Shown here: positions 51,501 through 64,000 of the stretch, one piece after another
Layout of the letters: each line of letters opens with the position of its first letter
How positions within the stretch are numbered: the first letter of the stretch is position 1
Assembly: GCA_951406725.2 (NCBI GenBank)
Contig: OX597821.1
Coordinates: forward strand, 93,744,001 to 93,808,000
Direction: 5' to 3'
DNA from: Octopus vulgaris
Lineage: Eukaryota
DNA length: 64,000 bases
Notes under the pieces: model-generated
Databases searched by the model: none
Told to the model about the DNA's origin: nothing
What the model saw: only the letters and a program-made list of their open reading frames with translations
Position numbers and translations under genes: made by a program

Positions 51501-51839
51501 GGTGGTGGATTTTATTGAAGGCAACAACTGCTACAGAGCTTACATGAAGGTAAAATGGATGACAGCATCAGTGATTGATCTAGTATCAACTGCTCTGGTC
51601 ACTAATAAAATACAAAGTTTCAATTCACTACAAAGAACTGACACCTGCATCGTTGACTGGACGAGAAGAGAGAGAAACTCAAGTCTTTCCATTCTCCTGT
51701 CTCGTGCGACCACCAAAGCATAATAATCACATTTTCTATCCATTATTTAACTTTCTAAATACAAAACCTGAGTCAATCCAACTCAAAGACGACTTGAGCA
51801 TCAATTTAGCAATTTCACAAACTTTCTTTCATCTCTAGA

Positions 51840-53860
<2,021 letters not shown>

Positions 53861-54327
53861 ACACTGAATATGTTATATTAATAACAATTCTTACAAGCTC
53901 ATGCATTATCTATTATCATTCCATGTCCATGTTAATCTTGTCAGCTCCTCTGCTTTCAAATCACCAAGACTATCTCTACAGGGTTGCTCACCTGTTGGGA
54001 ATGAGAAATATCGGCTAAATCTTCCTTAAATAATATTTTGTCATGTTTCAAAATAACCATTAGATCATTTATGTAGTCTTAGATGCATTTTACCAGGACA
54101 TTAAGGAAGGATAGTCACTGATGGACTGCCTTTGAATATGAGATCTCCTTGGTCAATGTTTACCCAATTCTAGCAACAACACCAGTAACAACTCACCTCA
54201 TTTTACCTTTGAAATTTAATTACATTTTCAAAGCATTTATGATTAATAATAACCAGACCTTTTAGTTCATAACAGGAGAGCAGCAGGGATGTATTAGGGA
54301 CATGATAATAGCAACTAAAATATAAAG

Positions 54328-54716
54328 ATGTGTGGTAAGTAGCTTGCTTACCAACTGCATGGTTCCAGGTTCAGTCCCACTGCATGGCACCTTGGGCAAG
54401 TGTCTTCTACTATAGCCTCGGCCAACCAAAGCCTTGTGAGTGTATTTGGTAGATGGAAACTGAAAGAAGCCCGTCGTATATATGTATGTGTATATATATA
54501 TATGTATGTGTATATGTTTGTGTGTCTGTGTTTGTCCCCCCAACATCACTTGACAACCGATGCTGGTGTGTTTACGTCTCCGTAACTTATCAGTTCGGCA
54601 AAAGAGACTGATAGAATAAGTACTAGGTTTACAAAGAATATGTTCTGGGGTCAATTTGCTCGACTAAATGCGGTGCTCCAACATAGCCACAGTCAAATGA
54701 CTGAAACAAGTAAAAG
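54328..54716 (+). mobile_element. SINE family B
   Basis: Matches family consensus. Confidence 0.9.
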
Positions 54717-54763
54717 ATATATATATATATGATATATATGATATGTAATATAATATATATATG

Positions 54764-55613
54764 ATGGAGGCCTTCTGACAAATTTTTGCTTATCAGAAAA
54801 CGAAATGACCCACATCACATGACAAAAACAGTGAAGTTTGATGGTAAGAGACTGATGCTTTGGGGATACATAAAAAGGAATTTGTTCAAGAAAGTTGGTT
54901 AAAATTGATGGTAACTAAATAGTGCCAAGTACATCCAGTTGCTGAAGGACAATTTGATATCAGACTTAGATGAAGGTGAGATTTTCTAGCATGACAAAAC
55001 TCCATGCCACAGATCATGTGCAACACAACAGAGTCTAGCTGATGAAGGCGTTACCATATTGAAAGCTTGGCCAGCTCAGTACCCTGGCTTAAATATCATC
55101 AAACAAATGTGGACAGAACTAAAGAGATGAGTTTGTTAGAAGAAGAATCAACACAATGTTGAAGAGTTGTGGGAGCTCAGCCCCAGAGAATGGTATTTCA
55201 TAGCTGTGAAGATTGTGAAGGATTTGTACACATCTCTTCCCAGGTGCATTGAAGCAATTATTCAAGCCAAGGGAAGCCACACAAAATATTAACCATGTAC
55301 AGTAACTTCTTGAAATGAACATTATGTATTAAATTTTCATTATAGACATTTTTCTGTTTTAAAACGCTGTATCTTGATTGATTTATGTGAGGTGGCTGAA
55401 AATTTTTGCACAGCCATTTTCGGTGGTCATCTCGCGTCTTCTCCTCTCATTCAGAACCCCTACTTCAAAATATAATGATTAGGTATGGAAATAACCCCAA
55501 CAGGGCCAATGTTTCATCTGCAAAAAACGCAATGTGAAACATTCACATATAAGTTGGCAATCAGTAGAAATTTACAATAGTTTAAAATGGCCAAAGACTT
55601 TTGCACAATACTG
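54764..55613 (+). mobile_element. Tc1 (DD34E-like) 3' remnant
   Basis: VKFDGKRLMLWGY; F*HDKTPCH; WPAQYPGLNII; AKGSHTKY*; end GGCCAAAGACTTTTGCACAATACTG|TA with internal repeat of this motif at ~55391. Confidence 0.85.
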
Positions 55614-56775
55614 TATATATATATTTTGTTGAATTTTCTGCTGCTTTAAATAAAGTATATATATATACATATATATATACATATATATATATACACACAT
55701 ATATACTTCCATTTATACTGTATTCAACTTGTATTTACTAAATGTTCTACATAAGCAAATAACAAACCAATCTAAAACAATAATCATTCTAAAAACACTA
55801 ATAATATTATTCTAAAACTCTTTTTTTGGTTAAAAGCTAATATAACAAATATAAATACAGAAACATATTTTTAAATTTCATAACTGTGTACACAACTCTA
55901 TATATTATATATAAAACTTACAAAGTACACAATGTCTGAAATATACTTAATATATTTATCAAATACCAGTGTCTTTAATTCATACAAATGAATTTTTAAA
56001 AATTCATTATACCCTCACTTTTCTCATATTACAAAACATTTTATATATTTCCTTCTCATCATCATCATCATCATCATTAATATCATCATCATCATGTAAC
56101 GTCCATACTCTATGTAGGCAGGAGTTGGACAGTTTAACAAGAGCTGGCAAGCTAGAGAACTATGCCAAGTTCTGTTGTCTGTTTTGGGAGTGGTTTCTAC
56201 TGTTTTTAGTTGCCCTTCCTAAAGCCAACCACTTCACAAAGTGTACTGGATGCTTTTTTTCATAGAACCAGCAAGTAACTTGCAAGACAAGACAAAGTTC
56301 CCTCAGCTAGGAAGATGCAGGGAATAGTATTGCGGTAGGTGGCTTTTTGCTTGTTGATGACAGGTTGAAAAATTGCATTAATCTATATGAAGTAATCTCT
56401 CGCCATATCGCAATTCACCTATTGCGGTTCACCTATTGCGGTTTATATAAGTTTACGTCAATTCCTCCATGGTGTTGTTTTGCATTTATAATAGAATAAA
56501 TATATACAAACTTTAAACAATTTATACAAATTATGAAAATATATAAAAATGATTAAAAAAAAGTCATACATTGCTTCACAGATTTTCACCTATCGTGGAG
56601 AGTTTTGGAACATAGCACCTGCAATACTCGAGGGATTACTGTATAGAGATGTTGCAGTCATTCTCTCTCTGTCTATCTCTCTCTCTATCTATCTCTTCTC
56701 TCTCTCCCTCTCTCTCTATCACTCTCCTCTCTCTTTCTATCTCTTGCTCTCTCTCTCCCTCTTTCTCTCTCTCTT

Positions 56776-57178
56776 CACTCTTTTACTCTTTTACTTGTTT
56801 CAGTCATTTGACTGTGGCCATGCTGGAGCACCGCCTTTAGTTGAGCAAATCAACCCCAGGACTTATTCTTTGTAAGCCCAGTACTTATTCTATCGGTCTC
56901 TTTTGCTGAACCGCTCAGTGACGGAGACGTAAACACACCAGCATCGGTTGTCAAGTAATGCTAGGGGGACAAACAGACACACAAACACACACATACATAT
57001 ACATATATATACATATATACGACAGGCTTCTTTCAGTTTCCATCTACCAAATCCACTTACAAGGCATTGGTCGGCCCGGGGCTATAGCAGAAGACACTTG
57101 CTCAAGATGCCACGCAGTGGGACTGAACCCGGAACCATGTGGTTGGTTAGCAAGCTACTTACCACACAGCCACTCCTG
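56776..57178 (-). mobile_element. SINE family B
   Basis: Full reverse copy within (CT)n. Confidence 0.92.
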
Positions 57179-57382
57179 TGTCTCTCTTGCTCTCTCTCTC
57201 TCTCTCTTACTCTCTCTCGCTCTGACTGGGTAACCTTGTAGCTCCTCCACAGCAAGACACCTGATTGCATTCCTTTGTCACACTTTAACTTCTGATCACC
57301 TTGCACAAAACCACCTCCCCCAATGCTCCTTATCTCATAGAATCTTTGTGTTGCAAGTTACTTGGTGACCCCACCAGTGCTT

Positions 57383-57700
57383 GTGCCAAGTATAAAGCAT
57401 TCAGACCATGCTGTAAAGTGGTTGGTATTTGGAAAGGTATCCAGTTATAAAAACCATGCCAAAACAAACCTTGCTGATGCTTGTTCCATGTAAAAAGCAC
57501 TCAGTCCATGCTGTGGGGTGGTTGGCTTTAGGAAGGGCATTCAGCCATAAAAAAACCATGCCAAAACAGACCTTACTGGTCCGGTGCCATGCAAAAAGCA
57601 TGCAGTAAATACTGTATAGTGGTTGGAGTTTGGAAGGGCATTCAGCTGTAAAAACCTTGCCAAAACAGACCTTGCTGGTGTTCGTGCCATATAAAATGTG
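57383..57700 (+). repeat. Three diverged ~100-bp tandem units derived from RTE 3' UTR
   Basis: Units start at 57383, 57483, 57584 (partial at 57684); each has GTGGTTGG..GGAARGGYATYCAG..AAAACC.TGCCAAAACA. Confidence 0.8.
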
Positions 57701-57937
57701 TATCAACTACTACTGCTCAGTGGATTAGAGTGGAAAATGCTTGTAGCTACCTCAAAAGTTTCCCTGTTTTGGGGGCGCAAGTTGCATACCATTTACCTAA
57801 AGTTTTAGTAAATTTAGTAAATATAGTAAATTTAGTAAAAAACGAATTTAGTAAATATAATTCGAATGCATTATACTTAAGCATGTACCTTCAGACAGAA
57901 ATCTTCAGCACATCAAGGGTGCATGCTAAATCATTGC

Positions 57938-58800
57938 ATCATCATCATCATCATCATCATCATTTAACGTCTGCTTTCCATGGACAGGTGGGATAGTTTG
58001 ACTGAAAACTGGTAAACTGGTGGGGCTGCACCAGATTCCAATTGTATTTGGCAAGGTTTCTATGGCTGAATGCCCTTCCTAATGCCAACCACTCCAAGAG
58101 TATTGTGAGTGTTTTTACATGTTATCAGCATGGGTGTCATTGACCTGACACTGGTATCAACCATGACTATGTTCTCACTTAGTTTGACAGGTCAATACAA
58201 GCACAGTATTTTGTCAAAGAACTTGGTCACCTTTCGCAATATCACCATATGTTATATTATGATATAGCATGTGTGTGCCATTATATCACCATATGTAACT
58301 CTTTTCAGAGGCAGTAAAATGACAGAATGTTGGCAAAATGTCTTGCAGCATTTACCATGGCACTCTAGGTTCTGAGTTCAAATTCTACTTTGTCAACTTT
58401 GCCCTTGATCCTTTTGTGGTTAATAAAATAAGATAAAATCTGTGTGTTCTATGATCGTCACTTAACTATATTGAAACATCATCATCACCATCATTTAATA
58501 TCCATTGTCCATGCTGGCATGGGTTGGATAGTTTGACCAGGGCTGGTAAGCTGAGGGGTTGCACCAGACTCTGGTCTGATTTGGCACGGTTTCTGCTGCT
58601 GGATGCCCTTTTTAACGCCAACCACTCCAAGAGTGTAATAGGTACATATTATGTGCCACCAGCATGGGTACCAGTTGCATGACACTAGTATCCACCACGA
58701 CTATAATTTCACTTGGCTTGATGGGTCCTCTTCTCAAACATGGCATATTACCAAAGGTCTCGGTCATATGTCATTACCTTTATAAGGCCCAACACTCAAT
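57938..58800 (-). mobile_element. Two RTE LINE 3' ends
   Basis: 57938-58230 and 58478-58800; the latter has DRDLW*YAMFEKRTHQAK*. Confidence 0.78.
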
Positions 58801-59004
58801 CGCAATAAAAATAAATGCAATGAATTCACCAACTAGAGATTAATATTTTGTCACAGGAACAGCAAAGATGTATGTATTTGTCACATATAATATAAAAAGC
58901 TAAGGCAGTGAGCTGGCAGAATTGCTACTGCACCAGACAAAATGCTTAGCAGCATTTTGTCTGACTTTAAGTTCCAAGTTCCAATACTACCAGGGTCAAC
59001 TTTG

Positions 59005-59174
59005 TGGTGAAGGTAAAGAATACGCACACCCAGTGGTTAGAGTTAGGATTAGTGTTTAGGGTTAGGGTTTGGAGTTTAAGGTTAGGGTTTGGAGTTTATG
59101 GTTAGGGTTTAAGGTTAGGGTTCAGGCTTAAGGTTTAGGGTTAGGGGTGGTGTGTGTATTCTTTACCCCTGCCT
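59005..59174. mobile_element. MITE-like insert carrying degenerate TTAGGG repeats
   Basis: Inverted arms GGTAAAGAATACGCACACC / GGTGTGTGTATTCTTTACC; duplicated AACTTTG; splits an old SINE A. Confidence 0.8.
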
Positions 59175-59675
59175 AACTTTGCTCTTCATCCTTTCACAGT
59201 TGATAAAATAAGTAACAGTTGAACACTAGGGTTGATGTAATTGTACCAACTCCTCTGAAAATCATGGCCAAGTGCCAAAATTTAAAGCCAATATTATATA
59301 GTAATGTGATATAAATAAATGGTTTTATATAAGGTTAATGACAATCTTTTATAAGAAGAATCAAAGGAATCCTCTTGTTGCTTTATCTAATCACATTTTT
59401 CTATATGACTCCAAGTGAATCTCCAGAAGAGTACCATACTCAAATACAGCTGAGCAACAAACTAACCTATGGGGGTCATTCTGGTTGATAGAAGCAGCAG
59501 CTAAATCTCCCTCAAATACAACTAAATTTTCTCAAATAAAAAAACAAACACTATGTAGTTCTAGAGACTTCTAAAAAGAAGGGATGTGATAACTAGAATG
59601 TTTTTAATCACAAGTTAATTAAAATCAAGTTGACTTGATTTAATTAACCACAAAGGTCAAGTAAAAATATCTTTG

Positions 59676-59720
59676 TGGCCCCTGCACAAGGATGATACAC
59701 CAATTCGTGAGTCATTCCAT
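59676..59720 (+). pseudogene. U6 snRNA 3'-half pseudogene fragment
   Basis: TGGCCCCTGCACAAGGATGATACACCAATTCGTGAGTCATTCCAT vs U6 TGGCCCCTGCGCAAGGATGACACGCAAATTCGTGAAGCGTTCCAT. Confidence 0.8.
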
Positions 59721-60016
59721 TATATTCTGTAGGCACTGGCATGGTTGTGTGGTTTAGAAGCTTGCTTTGTAATCACATGGTTTCAAGTTCAGCCTCACTG
59801 CATGGCACCTTGGGCAAGCATCTTCCACTGTGACCCTGATGTTTTGTGAGGGAATTAGTTGATAGAAATTGTGTGTTTGTGTGTGTGTGTGTGTGTGCAT
59901 GCATGTGCATTTATGAGTGTTTGCGTGTATGTGCATGTGTGGTGTGTGTGTTAGTGTTTGTGTGTGTGTGTGTGTGTGTGTTTGTGGCGGTGGGTGTGAG
60001 ACGCCAACAGCCACAA

Positions 60017-60073
60017 TGGTGGTGGTGGTGGTGATTATGATCATGATGACATCAACGATGACAATGACAGTGG

Positions 60074-60111
<38 letters not shown>

Positions 60112-60207
60112 GTAATGATGATGGTGATGATGATGATGATGATGATGATGATGACGACGATGATGGTGATGATGATGGTGATGATAATGATGATGATGAT
60201 GATGATG
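60017..60207. repeat. (GAT)n microsatellite
   Basis: Degenerate trinucleotide array. Confidence 0.95.
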
Positions 60208-60647
60208 TCAAGAATTACATTGTCTAATGCGTTCATTTTTTCAAAGAAAGCAGAATATGATTTTTAGGGAAATTTTTGGCTTCTATTTCATGCAGGTCAA
60301 GCAACCACATAAAGACTGTATTCATTGACTTGACTTGACTACATTTCAATATTTCAAAGATGTGGAATTGTTATACAAATAATCAATAAGTTTGTAGCTT
60401 GTTTGTACAAATCAATAAGTTCTTTGTACTGAAGAATTCACTTTCCATTGTTCTGAAAAACTGAAATACTCTGATGAAAGAAATGTTCTGCAATGTACAA
60501 GGGCATGGGAATATCCAATGTCAACTTATCTGGGAGATCTAGAAGAGATACTTAGGAAAATAAATTTACTCAGAACTATTGAATATATGATTAAACCAAG
60601 TATCTAGTGCTCAGTATTAAACTGAAAATCTTAGTATTTATTGAATA

Positions 60648-61030
60648 TGAGTGGCTGTGTGGTAAGTAGCTTGCTTTCCAACCACGTGTCTCTGGGTTCA
60701 GTCCCACTGCACGGAACCTTGAGCGAGTGTCTTCTACTATAGCCTTGGGTCAACCAAAGCCTTGTGAGTGGATTTGGTAGGTGGAAACTGAAAGAAGCCT
60801 GTCGTATATATGTGTGCGTGTGTTAGTGTGTCTCTCGTCGTCCCCCCACCATCGCTTAACAACCGATGTTGGTGTGTTTATGTCCCCGTAACTTTGCAGT
60901 TCGGCAAAAGAAACCGATAGAATAACTACTAGGCTTACAAAGAATAAGTCCTGGGCTTGATTTGTTCCGCTAAAAGTGGTGCTTCAGCATGGCCACAATC
61001 AAATGACTGAAACAAATAAAAGAATAATAG
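60648..61030 (+). mobile_element. SINE family B
   Basis: Matches family consensus. Confidence 0.88.
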
Positions 61031-61231
61031 AATATAAGAATACTATTAAACTGAACAACCAAGTAATCAGTGTTAATGCTATCAAACGGAGTATCAAAGT
61101 TATCAACAAGTTTGCTGTCAAATTTATCTTGTTTAGTTGGTTTATTTGAAGTGCAATGGCCTTAAAATTAAGGTTTGAACTGCTGGTCATGTGATAATGT
61201 ATTAAACAAGGTGAAGTATTTACCTGCTTAG

Positions 61232-61618
61232 TGGAGGCCCAATGGCCCAGTGGTTAGGGCAGCGGACTCGCGGTCGTAGGATCGCTTTTTTGATTCCCAG
61301 ACCGGGCGTTGTGAGTGTTTATTGAGCAAAAACACCTAAAGCTCCACGAGGCTCCGGCAGGGATGGTGGTGATCCCTGCTGTGCTCTTTCACCACAACTT
61401 TCTCTCACTCTTACTTCCTGTTTCTGTTGTACCTGTATTTCAAAGGGCCAGCCTTGTCACTCTCTGTGTCACGCTGAATATCCCCGAGAACTACGTTAAG
61501 GGTACACGTGTCTGTGGAGTGCTCAGCCACTTACACGTTAATTTCACGAGCAGGCTGTTCCGTTGATCGGATCAACCGGAACCCTCGTCGTCGTAACCGA
61601 CGGAGTGCTTCCAAAAAA
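61232..61618 (+). mobile_element. SINE family C, full length
   Basis: 14-bp TSD ATTTACCTGCTTAG; short A tail. Confidence 0.92.
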
Positions 61619-62159
61619 ATTTACCTGCTTAGAGTTGAGTAGTTCACAATGTGAAGAGGTGTAGCATAACTAGGTGGAGCAATGTTTGAGGTAGCATAGC
61701 AAAAAAGCTTGCCTACCTATTCACATGAAGACCGGATCTGACAGATTCTGCTGAAGAGGATTTCAAGGGTCAGCAGAAAAGAAGGCAATTGCAGCAATGT
61801 ACCACGGAGTGCAGAGAGCAAGATAAGGCGAGCAAAACATCTTGGTCATTCACTGCATCTGTTTCCATCCTCGGACGTTTCGACCTGGTCTTACCACTGG
61901 ATTGAAGATGGTCATAAACCAGAGAGTCAGACTGACATTGCACAACTCTTCTTTGATTTAAACAAAGTCACTGTACAAGATATTAGTCACCGTGCAGTGA
62001 TGACTAGATGATCCTTGTCACTTTGACGGGTGAACAAATAAAAGCAAGACAATTATAGAATAAGCTCCCATTCCCTTTTAATATCCTGAAGAAATAAGAG
62101 AAAACTAAACAAGAATTGTGAAAATAAAATCACTGAAATTATTTGTAAAACTTACACAT

Positions 62160-62578
62160 AGGCGCAGGAGTGGCTGTGTGGTAAGTAGCTTGCTAACCAA
62201 CCACATGGTTCTGGGTTCAGTCCCACTGCGTGGCATCTTGGGCAAGTGTCTTCTGCTATAGCCTCGGGCCAACCAAAGCCTTGTGAGTGGATTTGGTAGA
62301 CGGAAACTGATAGAAGCCTGTCGTATATATGTATATATATATATATATTTGTATGTGTGTGTATATGTTTGTGTGTCTGTGTTTGTCCCTCTAGCATTCC
62401 TTGACAACCAATGATGGTGTGTTTACGATCCGTCACTTAGCGGTTCGGCAAAGGAGACCGATAGAATAAGTACTGGGCTTACAAAGAATAAGTCCTGGGG
62501 TCGATTTGCTCGACTAAAGGTGGTGCTCCAGCATGGCCGCAGTCAAATGACTGAAACAAGTAAAAAAGTAAAAGAGTA
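62160..62578 (+). mobile_element. SINE family B
   Basis: Full copy GGCGCAGGAGTGGCTGTGTGG...GTAAAAGAG. Confidence 0.92.
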
Positions 62579-62897
62579 GAGAGTATGAGGACTACTATAT
62601 CTTTCATCAATCAATATTTCCTTTATATAGAATTAAAACCAGCATAAAATGAAACGAGGCAAAAATTGTTATTAACTTCATTATTGATTACTTGTGTAAC
62701 TAAAGTGAGTTACTAGATTGTATACCAAACAATTAGTCCCCTGGCAATTATTAAATTTGATTCAATTTCCATATCACATTAAAGTCTACACCTCATCTTC
62801 AAAATGTTAGAACCTGATCCCAGAAACATTGCTTTCTTCATACATAATCTTACCCACTAAACTGCCAAAACAGATGAAGCACCATGCCTGTCATTAA

Positions 62898-63116
62898 CCC
62901 TTTTGTTACTGTATTTATTTTGAGATGTTCTGTGTTTCTTTCAATTACTTTAAATATAACAAAGAATTTAGTAAACTAACTTAGTTATCATTCAGCTAGT
63001 GTTAGAAACATAAATTGTGACTAAGGTTTGGTGGAAGATTTTAATTCAGAACTTATGAAAGCAAGATATTTGTACTAGAGCCAGAGCTGGTTTCAGCCGG
63101 GTTGGTAACAAAAGGG
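62898..63116 (+). mobile_element. piggyBac-like MITE
   Basis: TTAA TSD; CCCTTTTGTTAC/GTAACAAAAGGG TIR. Confidence 0.88.
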
Positions 63117-63918
63117 TTAAGGGGGTTCACTGGAAGGCACTGTCCCCGCCACTATTCAATGGTGCACCCTCAGGTTTAGTGATATTCTTATTTTGAAACT
63201 CTTCTTTAGCATTATTACAAATTAGTGCCCACCCAGAATACACTGATGCACCCCCAGGCACCAAAGTTTGGTGATGGATTTGTGAGGTATAAATTGCCCA
63301 TTGGATCTGGTATCTAAAAAACAAAACTTGGTATGGCCAAAAGACTTAGTAATTGACAGAAATGTCACAATATCAGTATTAAAGCTGAGAGGCACCCACC
63401 TCTGAATAAGTCGATATTGAATGAGATTGTATCGCAATTAACAAACTGAACTATGAACTGGAATAGTTTATTGAGGCATATGACCATCTGGCATCCAGTT
63501 CAGGTTGATTATTGTAACCTGTTATTCACACACCATGGAAACTGAATAACTGGCCTTATGAGTTCTAGGGCTCAAAAACAAAATTCTTCTTTTGAACATA
63601 TAGTTCTTCAGAACTGTTGGATTACAAACCAAATTTATCAAGAGAACAGATCCAGAAATCAAAATATCCCAGTTCCTACAATTCTTGAGATACCTTCAAA
63701 TTCAAATTGCCTTAAGCAGGTTACATTACTATTCTTTATAAACAGCTACATGGATTCCTTACAGAAATATTATCTTGATATAGATTTGGCTATACATAAA
63801 GGATGATAACTCAAGAGAATACCTTAGAGCAATGTAACTCTCTCCCCACCCTCCCTCTCTCCCTCTTTCTCTCATATTATATATTGCAGCTGTATGTGTA
63901 GTTCGAATGAATATGTAT

Positions 63919-63949
<31 letters not shown>

Positions 63950-64000
63950 CAGGCATATATATTAATGTGCTTGAGTGTGTGTGTGTGTGCGTGTGGTGTG

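Noticed and set aside
59030-59150. True telomere or chromosome-fusion scar
   Set aside because: Short, degenerate, single orientation, and bounded by inverted arms and a TSD.

Overview
Repeat-saturated, AT-rich eukaryotic DNA. The SINE, microsatellite, Penelope and RTE content suggests an octopus/coleoid cephalopod intronic or intergenic region; the taxon is my inference. I find no intact protein-coding gene. The listed ORFs I could interpret are microsatellite, minisatellite or TE read-throughs. Recognisable content: four tRNA-headed SINE families (several with target-site duplications), 3' ends of RTE LINEs (one expanded into a 27 x 67-bp minisatellite), R4/Dong remnants, six decayed Tc1/mariner elements, a solo LTR, tandem non-autonomous Helitrons, TTAA/piggyBac-like and other MITEs, and a U6 snRNA fragment. 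The most notable signal is about a dozen minimal type-I hammerhead-ribozyme motifs. They sit in Penelope-like pLTR fragments inserted in (TA)n. Examples are a 551-bp tandem with one intact-core hammerhead per copy and several A-x-B-B'-A' fold-backs. Structures were read by eye, and nothing was folded or searched computationally.
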